Source: Nitrospirota bacterium
GTDB taxonomy: Bacteria; Nitrospirota; UBA9217
Length of the DNA stretch: 64,000 nt
Assembly: GCA_963741205.1 (NCBI GenBank)
Contig: CAVUHW010000026.1
Location: 317,395 to 381,394, forward strand
Direction: 5' to 3'
The notes below the pieces were generated by a model. It worked only from the letters and a program-made list of their open reading frames with translations, searched no databases and had not been told where the DNA came from. Made by a program: the position numbers and the translations under genes. Shown here piece by piece: positions 24,738-35,169 of this stretch. Positions within the stretch are counted from its first letter, which is position 1; each line of letters opens with the position of its first letter.

Positions 24738-25658
24738 TCACTTCACCGCCGCCGCGATATGCTCCGCCGAGATGCCGTAGTGCCTGAGAAGGCCTTCGTG
24801 GTCGCCGGAGGTCCCGAAGGAGTCCTTGATCCCGACGCGCACCATTGGAGCCGGCGCCGATTCGGCAAGCACCTCGGCAACGGCGCCGCCCAGGCCGCCG
24901 ATGATCGAATGCTCTTCCGCCGTTACGATGGCGCCCGACTGCCTCGCCGCCTTGATCACGGCCTCGGCGTCGATGGGCTTGATCGTGGACATGTTGATCA
25001 CGCCGGCCTCGATCCCCTCCGCCTTGAGCAGGTCCCGGGCCTTGATCGCCTCGGCGACCATAAGGCCCGTGGCAATGATTGCCGCGTCCTTGCCTTCGTT
25101 GAACACGTGGGCCTTGCCGATCTTGAACCGGTAGTCGGCGCCGAAGAGCGTGGGCACCTTGTTGCGACCCACGCGCACGTAGCAGGGGCCCTTGTGCTCG
25201 GCCACCGCCTCGATGGCCTGCAGGGTCTCGGGGCCGTCCGCCGGAACGATCACCGTCATGTGCGGGATCACCCGCATCACGGCGATGTCCTCGACCGACT
25301 GGTGCGAGCCGCCGTCCTCGCCTACGGTGATGCCGGCGTGGCTCGCCACGATTTTGACGCTCAGGTTCGGATAGCAGATCGACTGCCGCACCTGCTCCCA
25401 GGCCCTGCCCGTTGCAAAGACCGCAAAGGTGCTTACGAAAGGCAGTTTGCCCGCGATCGCGAGCCCGGCCGCGGTGCCCATCATGTCCTGTTCAGCGATA
25501 CCGATATTGAAAAACCTGTCCGGGAACGCCTTGGCGAATTTAGAGGTCTTCGTCGAACCCGAAAGGTCCGCGTCCAGCACCACCACGTCTTCTCTTTTTT
25601 TACCGAGGCTGACCAGCGCATCCCCGTATGCATCCCGTGTCGCGATCTTTGTCACCAT
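24738..25658 (-). CDS. transketolase, C-terminal (pyrimidine-binding) subunit
   Basis: LDADLSGSTKT; GIAEQ; GEDGGSHQ; EEHSIIGGLG. Confidence 0.93.
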   Translation of the reverse strand: MVTKIATRDAYGDALVSLGKKREDVVVLDADLSGSTKTSKFAKAFPDRFFNIGIAEQDMMGTAAGLAIAGKLPFVSTFAVFATGRAWEQVRQSICYPNLSVKIVASHAGITVGEDGGSHQSVEDIAVMRVIPHMTVIVPADGPETLQAIEAVAEHKGPCYVRVGRNKVPTLFGADYRFKIGKAHVFNEGKDAAIIATGLMVAEAIKARDLLKAEGIEAGVINMSTIKPIDAEAVIKAARQSGAIVTAEEHSIIGGLGGAVAEVLAESAPAPMVRVGIKDSFGTSGDHEGLLRHYGISAEHIAAAVK

Positions 25659-25675
25659 TACCCCCATATAGACTG

Positions 25676-25763
25676 ACGCGGTGATTCGGCGACGGGGAGA
25701 CGTCGAGAAAAAGACCGAAACAACCCGGCTCTCCGCGTCCATCTGCTCCCCCTTCTCCGCGTC
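25676..25763. repeat. ~8-mer periodic inverted-repeat element (GACGCGG/CCGCGTC type)
   Basis: gacgcggtgattcggcgacggggagacg ... ctccgcgtccatctgctccccttctccgcgtc. Confidence 0.6.
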
Positions 25764-25765
25764 CG

Positions 25766-26605
25766 TTATTTACACACTGCCTCTTCCAGTTCCTTCACCG
25801 CAATCGCGAGTTCTTCCTTCGACGGCGTCGTGCCGTGGAACTCCACTTTGCCTTCGAATACCTTGGAGCCTTTGCCCTTGACGGTGCGGCAGACGATCAT
25901 GACGGGCTTCCCTTTTACCGTCTCGGCCTTGTCGAGTGCGGCGACGAGCTGCTCCATGTCGTGGCCGTCGACATCGAAGACCTCCCAACCGAACGCGCGC
26001 CACTTGTCAACGATCGGCTCCACGCCCATCACCTTCGCCACGGGCCCGTCGATCTGAAGCCCGTTGTTGTCCACGAGCGCACAGAGGTTGTCGAGCTTGT
26101 AATGGGCCGCCGTCATGGCCGCTTCCCATACCTGCCCTTCCTGGAGTTCTCCGTCTCCCAGGAGCGCGTATACGCGGTTCGGCGTCTTGTCGAGCTTGTG
26201 CGCGAGCGCGATCCCGTTCGCAACGGACAGGCCCTGGCCGAGGGACCCCGTGGAGATCTCGACTCCCGGCACGTACTTGCTGTCCGGGTGCCCCTGGAGG
26301 CGGGAGCCGAGCTTTCTGAGCGTGCAGAGCTCCGCGTGCTCGATAAACCCGGCGTGGGCCAGCACGGTATACAAGAGCGGCGCGGCATGTCCCTTCGAGA
26401 GGATGAAATGGTCCCGGCCCTTCCAGTCGGGCTTCTTCGGATCGTACTTCATCTTATAGAAGTACAGGGCCGTCGCGATATCGGCGGCCGAGAGACTGCC
26501 GCCCGTGTGGCCGGAGCCGCAGTCGGTCAGCATCTTCAGGATGTCGATCCGGACCCTCTTTGCCTTGTCCTTCAGGGTCTTCAATTGCTCTTCACTAACT
26601 GGCAT
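25766..26605 (-). CDS. transketolase, N-terminal (TPP-binding) subunit
   Basis: SGHTGGSLS; LSKGHAA; LQGHP; TGSLGQG; GDGELQEG..WEA. Confidence 0.93.
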   Translation of the reverse strand: MPVSEEQLKTLKDKAKRVRIDILKMLTDCGSGHTGGSLSAADIATALYFYKMKYDPKKPDWKGRDHFILSKGHAAPLLYTVLAHAGFIEHAELCTLRKLGSRLQGHPDSKYVPGVEISTGSLGQGLSVANGIALAHKLDKTPNRVYALLGDGELQEGQVWEAAMTAAHYKLDNLCALVDNNGLQIDGPVAKVMGVEPIVDKWRAFGWEVFDVDGHDMEQLVAALDKAETVKGKPVMIVCRTVKGKGSKVFEGKVEFHGTTPSKEELAIAVKELEEAVCK

Positions 26606-26671
26606 GCACCAAACCTCCTGATTGAATAACCGTAGAGTGGGGTCTTGCTGCGTCACATCGAGAACAGAAAA

Positions 26672-27148
26672 CTATTTATTGCTGCGCTCTTTCTGTTCCT
26701 GGGCGAGGAAATCAAGGATGATGGCGTCGAGGCTCTGTTCTTTTTCCTCTTGCTTCGGGGCGGAAGGCGCAGCCGGGGGCGCTGGTTTCTGGGGCGCCTT
26801 CTCCCCGGCCGAAGCAGCCTTCGGCTCAAGTTCGGGTATTCGGGTGGGGGCCGGCTGAGGAGCAGGCGGCTGATACGCCGCCTCATGCGGAGCGTTGTGT
26901 GCCTCGAGTTTCCCCTTCATCAGATCGCGGATCATCTGCTTGTGCTGCTCCATCATGAGCTCGCGTACGACTTCACCCAGGCAATCGGCCTTCAGGATGT
27001 CGGCGTAGCTTGTCTTGCGCGACGCGAGGATCGCCCCCTGATGATAAAGCAAAGACGTTATCGCGGGACTGCCCAGGCCGCCGTCTTCGGTTTGTACGTG
27101 GTAGATCTTCCCCCGGAACTTGAAGTCGGTATTGTAACCGGTGAGCAT
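26672..27148 (-). CDS. hypothetical protein
   Basis: Globular N-terminus (GYNTDFKFRGKIYHVQTED), Pro/Ala linker, C-terminal SLDAIILDFL helix. Confidence 0.75.
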   Translation of the reverse strand: MLTGYNTDFKFRGKIYHVQTEDGGLGSPAITSLLYHQGAILASRKTSYADILKADCLGEVVRELMMEQHKQMIRDLMKGKLEAHNAPHEAAYQPPAPQPAPTRIPELEPKAASAGEKAPQKPAPPAAPSAPKQEEKEQSLDAIILDFLAQEQKERSNK

Positions 27149-27306
27149 AGATGTGCATTATACAAACGAGAGCGGGAAGATGCAAGCATTTTTACCCCGT
27201 TAGAGATCGATTGTCGCGGGGATTGCCAAACATGATTTTTTGCCCGGTGACGCCCTCGAAATCACGCCCGGATAAATCTAACGAGGTGAACTTGAAAGCT
27301 TTTCGC

Positions 27307-27336
27307 TTGACACTCGCTAGGTGGTTAGTGTAATTT
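27307..27336 (+). promoter_or_regulatory. sigma70-type promoter of tRNA-Leu
   Basis: TTGACA-N18-TAATTT about 10 bp upstream of the tRNA. Confidence 0.6.
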
Positions 27337-27345
27337 TGACTCCGT

Positions 27346-27432
27346 GCCGGTGTGGTGAAATTGGTAGACGCAGAGGACTCAAAATCCTCCGGGGGCAACT
27401 CCATGTCGGTTCGATTCCGACCACCGGCACCA
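27346..27432 (+). tRNA. tRNA-Leu (anticodon CAA)
   Basis: GCCGGTG/CACCGGC acceptor stem; anticodon arm gagga-ctCAAaa-tcctc; long variable arm; GGTTCGATTCC; encoded CCA. Confidence 0.95.
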
Positions 27433-27434
27433 AT

Positions 27435-27466
27435 AAAAAAGATCGGGTTTCTGCCGATCTTTTTTG
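27435..27466 (+). terminator. Rho-independent terminator after the tRNA
   Basis: aaaaaagatcgg...ccgatctttttt. Confidence 0.8.
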
Positions 27467-27626
27467 CTTTTCAGTGGTCGGACTTGAACCAAGGGGGCAT
27501 GGGAGAAAGGTTCACCCATGCTGAGTGCACGAGGGGGCCAGCCCCTTCATGAAGCGGAGCGAGTGAGATTCTGACACCTATAGTCAAGGGAATCATTGAT
27601 TTTTTTAATTTTTAAGATGCTCTCAA

Positions 27627-28476
27627 CTACATCATCGCCGCAACTGCCGCCTTCAGTGATGTCGTCGGCCTGTTGATGAGCTTGCTCAGTTGATGGCTGT
27701 CGTCAAACAGCGCGCCTTTGGAAATGCCCGTGTCGGAATCGGCGATCAATGAGGCGACCGCTTCGGGCAATCCCGCTTTAATAAGAACATTTCTGTATTC
27801 GGCTTCAGGCAGATCCACATAGCCGATGTTCCTGCCCGATTGGCGCGAAATCTCGGCCGCCAGCTCCGCCAGCGTGAAGGCAGTATCTCCTGCCAGTTCA
27901 TAGATCCGCCCCGCCTGGTTTTCCGCGGTCATCACGGCAGCCGCTGCTTCCGCGTAGTCGGCGCGTGCGGCCGAGGCAACGCGCCCCTGGCCTGCGCAGC
28001 CATACACTGCTCCATGAGCCAGTGCGCCGGGTATGCCGGCCGTATAGTTCTCGGTGTACCAGCCATTCCGCAGCAGGGTAAAAGGAATGCCGGATGCATG
28101 GATCAATGCCTCGGTCTCTTTATGTTCCGCGGCAAGACCCAGCGGCGATGTGTCGGCACGGAGGACACTGGTATATGCCAATAGTTTTACGCCTGTTCGC
28201 CTGGCTGCGTCGATGACGGAACGATGTTGTTTCGCGCGCTGCCCTACCTCGCTGGAAGAGATCAGCAATACTTTGTCCACGTTTTTCAGAGCAGTGTCCC
28301 ACGTCGAAGGCTGGTTGTAGTCGGCGTAGCGCACTTGCACGCCCAATGCCGCAATGTCCCTGGCCTTTTCTGACATTTCGCACGGCCGCGACGATGTTAG
28401 ATGCAGGTACTTTTTTAAGCAGTGCCGCGATGACCAGACGTCCCAATTGCCCGGTGGCTCCCGTAACAGCGATCAT
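27627..28476 (-). CDS. NmrA/QorB-like NAD(P)H:quinone oxidoreductase (frameshift near 28375)
   Basis: MIAVTGATGQLG; LLISSSEVGQR; LRNGWYTEN; YELAGD. Confidence 0.88.
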
Positions 28477-28685
28477 AAGAACTCCTTTCGATAGAGATGA
28501 TAGTGGATGTCCTTCAGACAGCAGCGTGACAGGACCAATTATACCATTATGATAGGCATGCCGGAGCGTGTTCAGGTAAATGATTCGGTCCCGGTGGTCT
28601 TTGAGAAAGCGGCCGCCTTTTCATTGCTGCGGGAAGCGATGTGTTAGACAACATCGGCATAATGAACTACCCGCCACTGAACCAA

Positions 28686-30128
28686 TTACATGGTTGCAGT
28701 AGGGGTTTCACGGATCATAGAAGCATGCAGTCCCTGGGTAGTTCCCAAGGCGTGTCTTATCTGCTTCTCCCCGTGCGTAACTTCGGCCGGTTCCCGGCCT
28801 AGTGTTTCCTTCTTCCTTAACCGCATGGCGCGTTTGTGATGCTTTACGGCAATTTCGCCGGACACAAGCATTTCTATGCCGCGCTTCTTGATAACGAGAG
28901 ACGCATTGGTATCGGCGTTTTCCGTAAAGCCACAGCTCTGGCAATCGAACACCGCCTGTGACTGGCGGTTGTCCGGGTGAGTGTGCGAACACTTCGAACT
29001 CTCCTGTGAGGTGCCGTGCGGCGGTATGGCGATAACGAGCTTGTTGCGTCGTGAGGCTTTATACATGGTAAAGAGTTTTACCTTGCCCCACGCTGATTCG
29101 AGTATGGACTTGTTGAGACCGGCCTTGGCCTTTGCCCCGTTCGCAATATACGTCCCGCCGGCTGACTTCTTCGGCTTTGGCGCTCTGGTCATGTTCTTGA
29201 CCTTGAGGTCCTCGAAGACGAACACCTCCGCGGGTGAATCCACGAGCTTGCGGCTGGCCTTATGCGCGAAATCATGCCTCACATTGGCAGCATACACCTG
29301 GCAACGGGCTGATTTCGCAGCTAATTGCTTAAAGCGGCCGGATCCTTTGATCCGCCTCGCCAATTGCCTCTGATATCTCTTCTTCCGGGCATCCTTTTTT
29401 ACCAGTCGCTCTTTTTGGATGCCGGAGAAGTCATGCACCGAGCCGTCGCTCGTTGCCAGCGGGATTACAACCCCTCGGTCCATTCCCAGGGTAACGGTAT
29501 TGAGACTCTCTGATGACATGCCGCCGTAAAGCTCGAGAAGTTCCTGCTCGCTCAAAACTGTGCCTTGCTTCTCATAGGAGAACGAGACATACCATTTCCC
29601 GGACTCCCGGGAAATGGTGATAGCCGCCGGAATTTCGTACTCATCATGAGCCTTGAACTTAAGTTCGCCCAGATCGACCGACTTTGTGCCAAGCATCAGC
29701 CGGTGCTCATATATTGTTTTGTCCTGCCGCTGTTTTGAGCCTCCAGTAGGAACGAACCTGAATAGCTCGCTGGTAATCCAGACGGACTGCCGTCCAGCCT
29801 TCTTTTTATAAGCAGGGCGACCAGCCAGTCCTGTCAGGTACCTCTTGTAGGAGCCCATGAACCTGGTTGCGCCGTTCCTTAGGATCTGAGACGGCACATC
29901 GTATAAAAACGGAGTGAGTTCCTTGTCCTTGAACTGGGAGTACTGCTGATCAATCGGCGGCTGTAGTCCGGTTAGCGACAGTGAGTGATTCCGGAATGTT
30001 CGGAAATAACGCTCCTCGGCAACCTTGGCGTTGTAGATAAACCGCTGGCAGCCCATCCACTGCGCGAGAATATCGGACTGCTCCGTTGTCGGGTAGCAAC
30101 GGAATTTTATGCCGCTTGAAATCGCCAT
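28686..30128 (-). CDS. tnpB: RNA-guided endonuclease TnpB
   Basis: KFRCYPT HTH; RuvC motifs GMDRG, FEDL, NADTNA; zinc finger ESSKC..CQSC. Confidence 0.93.
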   Translation of the reverse strand: MAISSGIKFRCYPTTEQSDILAQWMGCQRFIYNAKVAEERYFRTFRNHSLSLTGLQPPIDQQYSQFKDKELTPFLYDVPSQILRNGATRFMGSYKRYLTGLAGRPAYKKKAGRQSVWITSELFRFVPTGGSKQRQDKTIYEHRLMLGTKSVDLGELKFKAHDEYEIPAAITISRESGKWYVSFSYEKQGTVLSEQELLELYGGMSSESLNTVTLGMDRGVVIPLATSDGSVHDFSGIQKERLVKKDARKKRYQRQLARRIKGSGRFKQLAAKSARCQVYAANVRHDFAHKASRKLVDSPAEVFVFEDLKVKNMTRAPKPKKSAGGTYIANGAKAKAGLNKSILESAWGKVKLFTMYKASRRNKLVIAIPPHGTSQESSKCSHTHPDNRQSQAVFDCQSCGFTENADTNASLVIKKRGIEMLVSGEIAVKHHKRAMRLRKKETLGREPAEVTHGEKQIRHALGTTQGLHASMIRETPTATM

Positions 30129-30129
30129 A

Positions 30130-30266
30130 TTTCTAATATAGGTGATGAATCCTGATAGTGCAACTAAATAAAACGCTGCAGCCATCAGCCTATATTATAA
30201 GATTGCAGTATCGTTTTTAGTAGCACAAACAATGGCACGAATCCACGCCCAAAACAGTCCGCTTGA
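30130..30266 (+). pseudogene. internally deleted tnpA remnant
   Basis: Resembles the 5' part (tatattataagattgca vs tatataatcaggctaca) and 3' end (ccgcttga) of tnpA at 56311..56754. Confidence 0.6.
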
Positions 30267-30320
30267 CCCCCTCCTGGCGCTTCGCCCCTAGCAGGGGGAA
30301 TGCGCGGACTTTAGTTCATT

Positions 30321-31400
30321 TCAAACTGCGCTGTCGGTTCCTTCTTTTTGCGTTGATGAAAATTGTACGGGGGACATCTCGGGGCCGAGCAATACTGCGA
30401 CCCAGCGTGCGCTTTTACTGTTTTCACAGGCAAACTTCAGGGTCATGGTCAACGGTACGCAAAGAACCACGCCGATAAAACCAAGCAGGCCCCCCCAAAA
30501 TATAAGTGAGAGAAGGACTACCAGCGTGGACAGGCCGAGCCTACGACCCATGAGCACTGGCTCAGCAATGTTGCCGAGCAGGAAGTTAACGGCCAGATAT
30601 CCGGAAGCCGCGAGCGCAGCGCGGCCTAGCCCGAGCTGGAGGAGGGCGAGAAGGACCGCGGGAATGGAGGCGATAAGGGCGCCGACATTAGGCACGTAGT
30701 GAAGCAGGAATGCCAGGAAACCCCAGAGAATCGGAAAATCCACACCGAGAATCGTCAGCCAGAGTCCGATTAAAAACCCCACGGTCAGGCTCATCGCCGT
30801 TTTGATGACCATATAGCGGTTGATGTCGTAGACGAACCCCATAAACGGGTGAAAGTCCTTCACCGGATCGCCGAGGACTGCGTGGAGTTTGCCGGGAAAG
30901 CTTGAGGCCTCAAGGAGTATGAAGGTTACCAGGAACAGAATCACGACGATTTCGAACATCACTGAGCCCAGCGTCGTGAGCACACGGGCGGTCTGTGCTT
31001 TTACTGCTTCCGGTATGATCTGCTCCAGGAGAAAGGCCTCCGTGAACGGGATACCCTTGGATGCCAAATACGTCTGGAGTGAGGAGACGTCCTTTTGGAA
31101 TCGCGACTGATAGTAGGGAAGGTCCATGTAAAAGCTGTCGAGCGATGTGCCGACGAGAACTCCGATAATGACCAGAATAGCTGCCATGCCGGTCACTACG
31201 AGCACTACCGCGGCTGCATAGGGGATGCGTTTTTGCTCGAGCCAGAGGACTGACGGCGTGCCGATGGCTGCCAGGAATACAGCGACAAGGATTGAGGACA
31301 AGACCGATTGTGCCTGGTGAATAACTACGATGATGATCATGAGCGCCGCTACAATGACAAGGATGCGTGCGCCGCGATGTGAATCGTTTTGTTCTGTCAT
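30321..31400 (-). CDS. AI-2E family transporter
   Basis: Multi-TM; RYMVIKTAMSL; LHYVPNVG; GNIAEPVLMGRRLGLS; LCVPLT. Confidence 0.9.
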   Translation of the reverse strand: MTEQNDSHRGARILVIVAALMIIIVVIHQAQSVLSSILVAVFLAAIGTPSVLWLEQKRIPYAAAVVLVVTGMAAILVIIGVLVGTSLDSFYMDLPYYQSRFQKDVSSLQTYLASKGIPFTEAFLLEQIIPEAVKAQTARVLTTLGSVMFEIVVILFLVTFILLEASSFPGKLHAVLGDPVKDFHPFMGFVYDINRYMVIKTAMSLTVGFLIGLWLTILGVDFPILWGFLAFLLHYVPNVGALIASIPAVLLALLQLGLGRAALAASGYLAVNFLLGNIAEPVLMGRRLGLSTLVVLLSLIFWGGLLGFIGVVLCVPLTMTLKFACENSKSARWVAVLLGPEMSPVQFSSTQKEGTDSAV

Positions 31401-31759
31401 GGCCGGGGACCTCGAATCGACGCCGAGTAAATGCCTCTTGCGATTATCATATCAAATTATGGAATTCTTTGAGGGAATTCGTAGGGAGGGTCAGGGCCAG
31501 GGTTTCAGGGTCAGCTCTTGCGGTGTGACAATCACCTTTCACGATCAAACCAGCTTCAGGCCGGAATGTTTTGCAATTGCCTTGAATGTCTGTCGCGGGT
31601 ATAAAGTGGAACGCCTCTTTGTCAGCGGTAAAATCCTGAGGCTAAGATGTTCCGATGCTTCCGCCAAAAGGTATGGTATAATGCTGCCCGATGATGGCCT
31701 CGGCTCGATGAAAAAAAATAACTCCGGTCACTGCCTCTTTGACCTATCGGGTTGCCTGC

Positions 31760-32515
31760 ATGGTCTTTTATCTGAAATTTCCCCTCCTTTTCACAGCCGG
31801 CCTTGCCGCGGGGCTCATTGACTCCATGGCCGGAGGCGGCGGGCTCATAACCATCCCCGTGCTCCTCGGCATGGGCATGCCGCCCCAGACAGCGCTCGGC
31901 ACCAACAAGCTCCAAGGCACGTTCGGCTCGGGAAGCGCCATGCTTCACTTTGCCCGGGCCGGCACCGTGAACCTCAGGGACTGCGCCGCAGGGGTCGCCT
32001 GGACCGCTATCGGCGCCGCCCTCGGCTCGATGGCCGTGCAGACCCTCGACCCGGCCTTGCTCCGCAGCGCCATTCCCCTCTTGCTCATCGCCATCGCCCT
32101 CACCATGCTTTTCTCGCCAAGGCTCGGCATGGCGGACGTCCGTGAACGGATGGGGAAAAATCCGTTCTATCTTCTCTTCGGCCTGGCGATCGGGTTCTAT
32201 GACGGCTTTTTCGGGCCCGCGACGGGCACCTTCTGGGCCATGGCATTCGTCCTCTGCCTCGGGTTCAACCTGACCCGCGCCACTGCCTACACCAAGGTGA
32301 TGAACTTTACAAGCAACCTTGTCTCCCTCGTCTTTTTCCTGGCTGCTGGATTCGTCTCTCTTCCCGAGGGGATCGTTATGGGGCTGGGTCAGTTCGCGGG
32401 CGCCCGCATCGGCTCCCGCCTGGTCATTACCCGGGGAAGCCGCTTCATCCGGCCGGTGTTCATCGCCGTGGTCGTCGCCGTCAGCGCAAAGCTCCTCTGG
32501 CAGAATTTCAAATGA
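31760..32515 (+). CDS. sulfite exporter TauE/SafE (TSUP) family protein
   Basis: AGLIDSMAGGGGLITIP; ALGTNKLQ; GFYDGFFGP. Confidence 0.9.
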   Translation: MVFYLKFPLLFTAGLAAGLIDSMAGGGGLITIPVLLGMGMPPQTALGTNKLQGTFGSGSAMLHFARAGTVNLRDCAAGVAWTAIGAALGSMAVQTLDPALLRSAIPLLLIAIALTMLFSPRLGMADVRERMGKNPFYLLFGLAIGFYDGFFGPATGTFWAMAFVLCLGFNLTRATAYTKVMNFTSNLVSLVFFLAAGFVSLPEGIVMGLGQFAGARIGSRLVITRGSRFIRPVFIAVVVAVSAKLLWQNFK

Positions 32516-32561
32516 GTTATGCAGTCATCATCTCGACAATAAACCTGAAAACGGCAGTTGT

Positions 32562-32790
32562 TCTCGCAAAGCCGCAAAGCACGCAAAGAAAACCGAAGAC
32601 GGAGAAATGAACCTCCCGCAGCAAGCTGCGGTGTATCTGATCTTAATTTTCGCCCCTCCCTTGATGGGAGGGGAACAAGGGGAGGGTGAAGTATCCGCCG
32701 TGCATCACCGTCACCCCCACCTAACCTCCCCCATCAAGGGGGAGGGATCTAAGAGGTGACCCCGTAGCAAGCTACGGGGAATTGCAAGTT
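32562..32790. repeat. nested repeat cluster: 9-mer CGCAAAG element, CCGYAGCAAGCTRCGG hairpin pair, and CCCTCCC..GGGAGGG palindrome
   Basis: cgcaaagccgcaaagcacgcaaag; cccgcagcaagctgcgg (~32615) and ccccgtagcaagctacgggg (~32760) bracket ccctcccttgatgggagggg...cctcccccatcaagggggaggg. Confidence 0.75.
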
Positions 32791-32949
32791 AAAATGTATG
32801 TACCTGCCTGGCGATTCTGTAAGAATACGACATTTCTGCTTGGGGTTGACATGCTCCGTCACCCCCTTGCAATTCCGACAGGGTTATAGTACGCTTTTCA
32901 AGAGAGCTGCTGGTTACGATGATGATCTGATCACGAGCAGGAGGATGCC

Positions 32950-34128
32950 ATGAAAACAAAGAATGGACCGAGCGGTCTTAACCGGAGAGAGTTCCTGAAG
33001 GCCAGCGTAGCAGGCACCACCGCTGCAATGATGGGCGGCAGTTCCCTTGCCGGGGCAGCGCAGCAGCTTGCCTCGCCTGACCCCTTTGCCTTCCCTTCCC
33101 CGGTCTACCGCACCCTGGGCAGGACCGGGCTCAAGGTCTCGATCGTGAGCTTCGGCGCCATGCTCACACCCGAACCCGAGGTCCTGAAGATCGCCTTTGA
33201 CCACGGTGTGAACTACGTTGACACGGCACGGAAGTACATGGACGGCAGGAACGAGGAGATCGTGGCCAGGGCGCTCAAAGGCAGGCGCGACAAGGTGTTC
33301 GTCGCCACCAAGACCCTCCCGTCCTCGAGGACAAAGGAAGACATCATCCGCGATGTGGAAACGAGCCTCAAGACGCTCGAGACCGATCATATCGACGTGA
33401 TACAACTCCACAACCTCACGGACAAGGACCGCATCTTCATTCCCGAGACACGCGAGGGGCTCCTGGCCTTAAAACAGCAGGGCAAGGTCCGCTTCTGCGG
33501 AGTGACCACGCACAAGAACCAGCCCGAAGTGCTGAACGCGCTCGTGGACGACAAGGACCGGTTCTTCGATACCTGTCTTGTTGCCTATAACTTCGAAAGC
33601 AGCGCGGACGTTGCAGCGGCCATCGAGCGGGCGGCAAAGGCGGGCATCGGCATCATCGCCATGAAGACCCAGGCAGGCGGATACAAGACCGAGGCCCTCG
33701 GTGCGATCAGCCCCCACCAGGCTGCGCTTAAGTTCGCGCTCCAGAACCCCTCGATAACCACGGCCATCCCCGGAATGAAGGACCTGTCGCAATTCAGGGA
33801 GAATGTGGCTGTCATGGGCATGACCTTCAAGGCGGCCGATGCCCGGATCCTGCAACGCTACCATGCCGCAGTGGCCGGGTTCTACTGCGATCTTTGCGGC
33901 ACCTGCGAAGGAACCTGTTCCCGGGGCGTGGACATCTCCACGGTCAACCGCTCGCTCATGTATGCCGAAGGCTACCAGGACCGCGAGCTCGGCCGCAAGA
34001 CGTACCAGGAGCTCCCCCGCTCCCTCTCCGCTGACGCCTGCCTTGACTGCCCTGTCTGCACGGCCCGATGCGTCAAGGGCCTGAACATCGCGGCCAAGAT
34101 GGAGCAGGCGCGGACCCTGCTGGCATAG
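32950..34128 (+). CDS. aldo/keto reductase with Tat-like leader and C-terminal Fe-S domain
   Basis: NRREFLK; YRTLGRTGLKVS; VDTARKY; IQLH; CDLCGTCEGTC and CLDCPVCTARC. Confidence 0.9.
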   Translation: MKTKNGPSGLNRREFLKASVAGTTAAMMGGSSLAGAAQQLASPDPFAFPSPVYRTLGRTGLKVSIVSFGAMLTPEPEVLKIAFDHGVNYVDTARKYMDGRNEEIVARALKGRRDKVFVATKTLPSSRTKEDIIRDVETSLKTLETDHIDVIQLHNLTDKDRIFIPETREGLLALKQQGKVRFCGVTTHKNQPEVLNALVDDKDRFFDTCLVAYNFESSADVAAAIERAAKAGIGIIAMKTQAGGYKTEALGAISPHQAALKFALQNPSITTAIPGMKDLSQFRENVAVMGMTFKAADARILQRYHAAVAGFYCDLCGTCEGTCSRGVDISTVNRSLMYAEGYQDRELGRKTYQELPRSLSADACLDCPVCTARCVKGLNIAAKMEQARTLLA

Positions 34129-34136
34129 GAGGCCGG

Positions 34137-35063
34137 ATGAAGAAAACCAAGCCGATCACGGGGCTCGTTTCTTTTCTCATCGTCATTGTCCTGCTTGCCG
34201 CCCGAACGGCGCCGGCAGCGGATCAGGATCTGATCAAACGCATGCCTTCGCCCGCCTGTGCCGAAGGCTGGGTCATGGACGGGAACGTGACCCTCTATGA
34301 CAAGGACTCGCTCTTTGACCGGATCAACGGCGAGTCGGAGCTCTTCTTCCCTTACGGGTTCGAGGTGCTGGCCTACGCACGGTACGAGAGCAGACAGAAC
34401 CCGAAGATCGCCATTGATATGGATGTGTACAAGGTTGGCTCTCTTCTGGACGCCTTCGGCCTGTTCTCGATGTTCCGAAGAAAGGACGCTGTTGAGGCGG
34501 CCATCGGCGCGGGCGGGACGCTGTCGCCGTCACAGCTCTTCTTCTATCAGGACAGGTACTTCGTGCGGCTTCAGGTGACGGGCGCAACAAGCGTGGACCA
34601 GGAGGCGCTTCGCTCCTGCGCCCGGTCCCTCTCGCGCAATCTGCCCGAAGCCGCTGCCCGTCCCCGGGAGCTGGATGCCCTCGCGGTCCCGGCCGTGGTG
34701 ACCGAAGCGTTCGCTATATGGCCCAGAGCCTGCTGGGGTACGAGTTCTTCACGAAAGGCCTGGTCGCCGATGCCCTCGTGAAGGGAGAGACAGTCCAGGT
34801 ATTCATGGTGACCGAAGGAACAACAGAGGCCGCCCGCCGCACCATGGCAGCCTATGGCGCCTATCTGAAGTCATCGGGAACAGAGCCGCGCATCACTGAA
34901 GATAAAGGACGATCCTTCGCTGGAAGGCGTGGACCCGCTGTACGGCACAGTCGTGGCCGAACGTTTAGGACCATCGATCGTCGGAGCAGTCCGCGTCAAG
35001 GATACGTTGGCCGCGAAACAGCTGATCGGGCAGATACTGGAGCGGACAAACCGGGGAAAGTAG
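34137..35063 (+). CDS. exported protein, DUF6599-like (frameshifts near 34710 and 34915)
   Basis: Signal peptide; LFDRINGESELF; DAFGLFS; homology continues in other frames to TAG at 35061. Confidence 0.7.
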
Positions 35064-35169
35064 CCCGTGCATCCCGCAGGGAACGTGCAGGTACGACCGG
35101 CACATCTGAAAATAAGAAGGGGCACGGCTATTTTCAAGCCGCAAGACCAGACCCTCAAAGTTCCTTCGG

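Larger units (their letters stand above)
28662..30314 (-). mobile_element. IS200/IS605-family element 1 (tnpB full length, tnpA deleted)
   Basis: Both ends shared with element 2: atgaactacccgccact at the right end, and the ccccctcctggc...ctagcaggggg hairpin at the left end. Confidence 0.88.

Noticed and set aside
27433-27620. Integrative island at tRNA-Leu
   Set aside because: No integrase and no convincing duplicated tRNA 3' end elsewhere in the window; only a weak gattctgacacc resemblance at ~27568.
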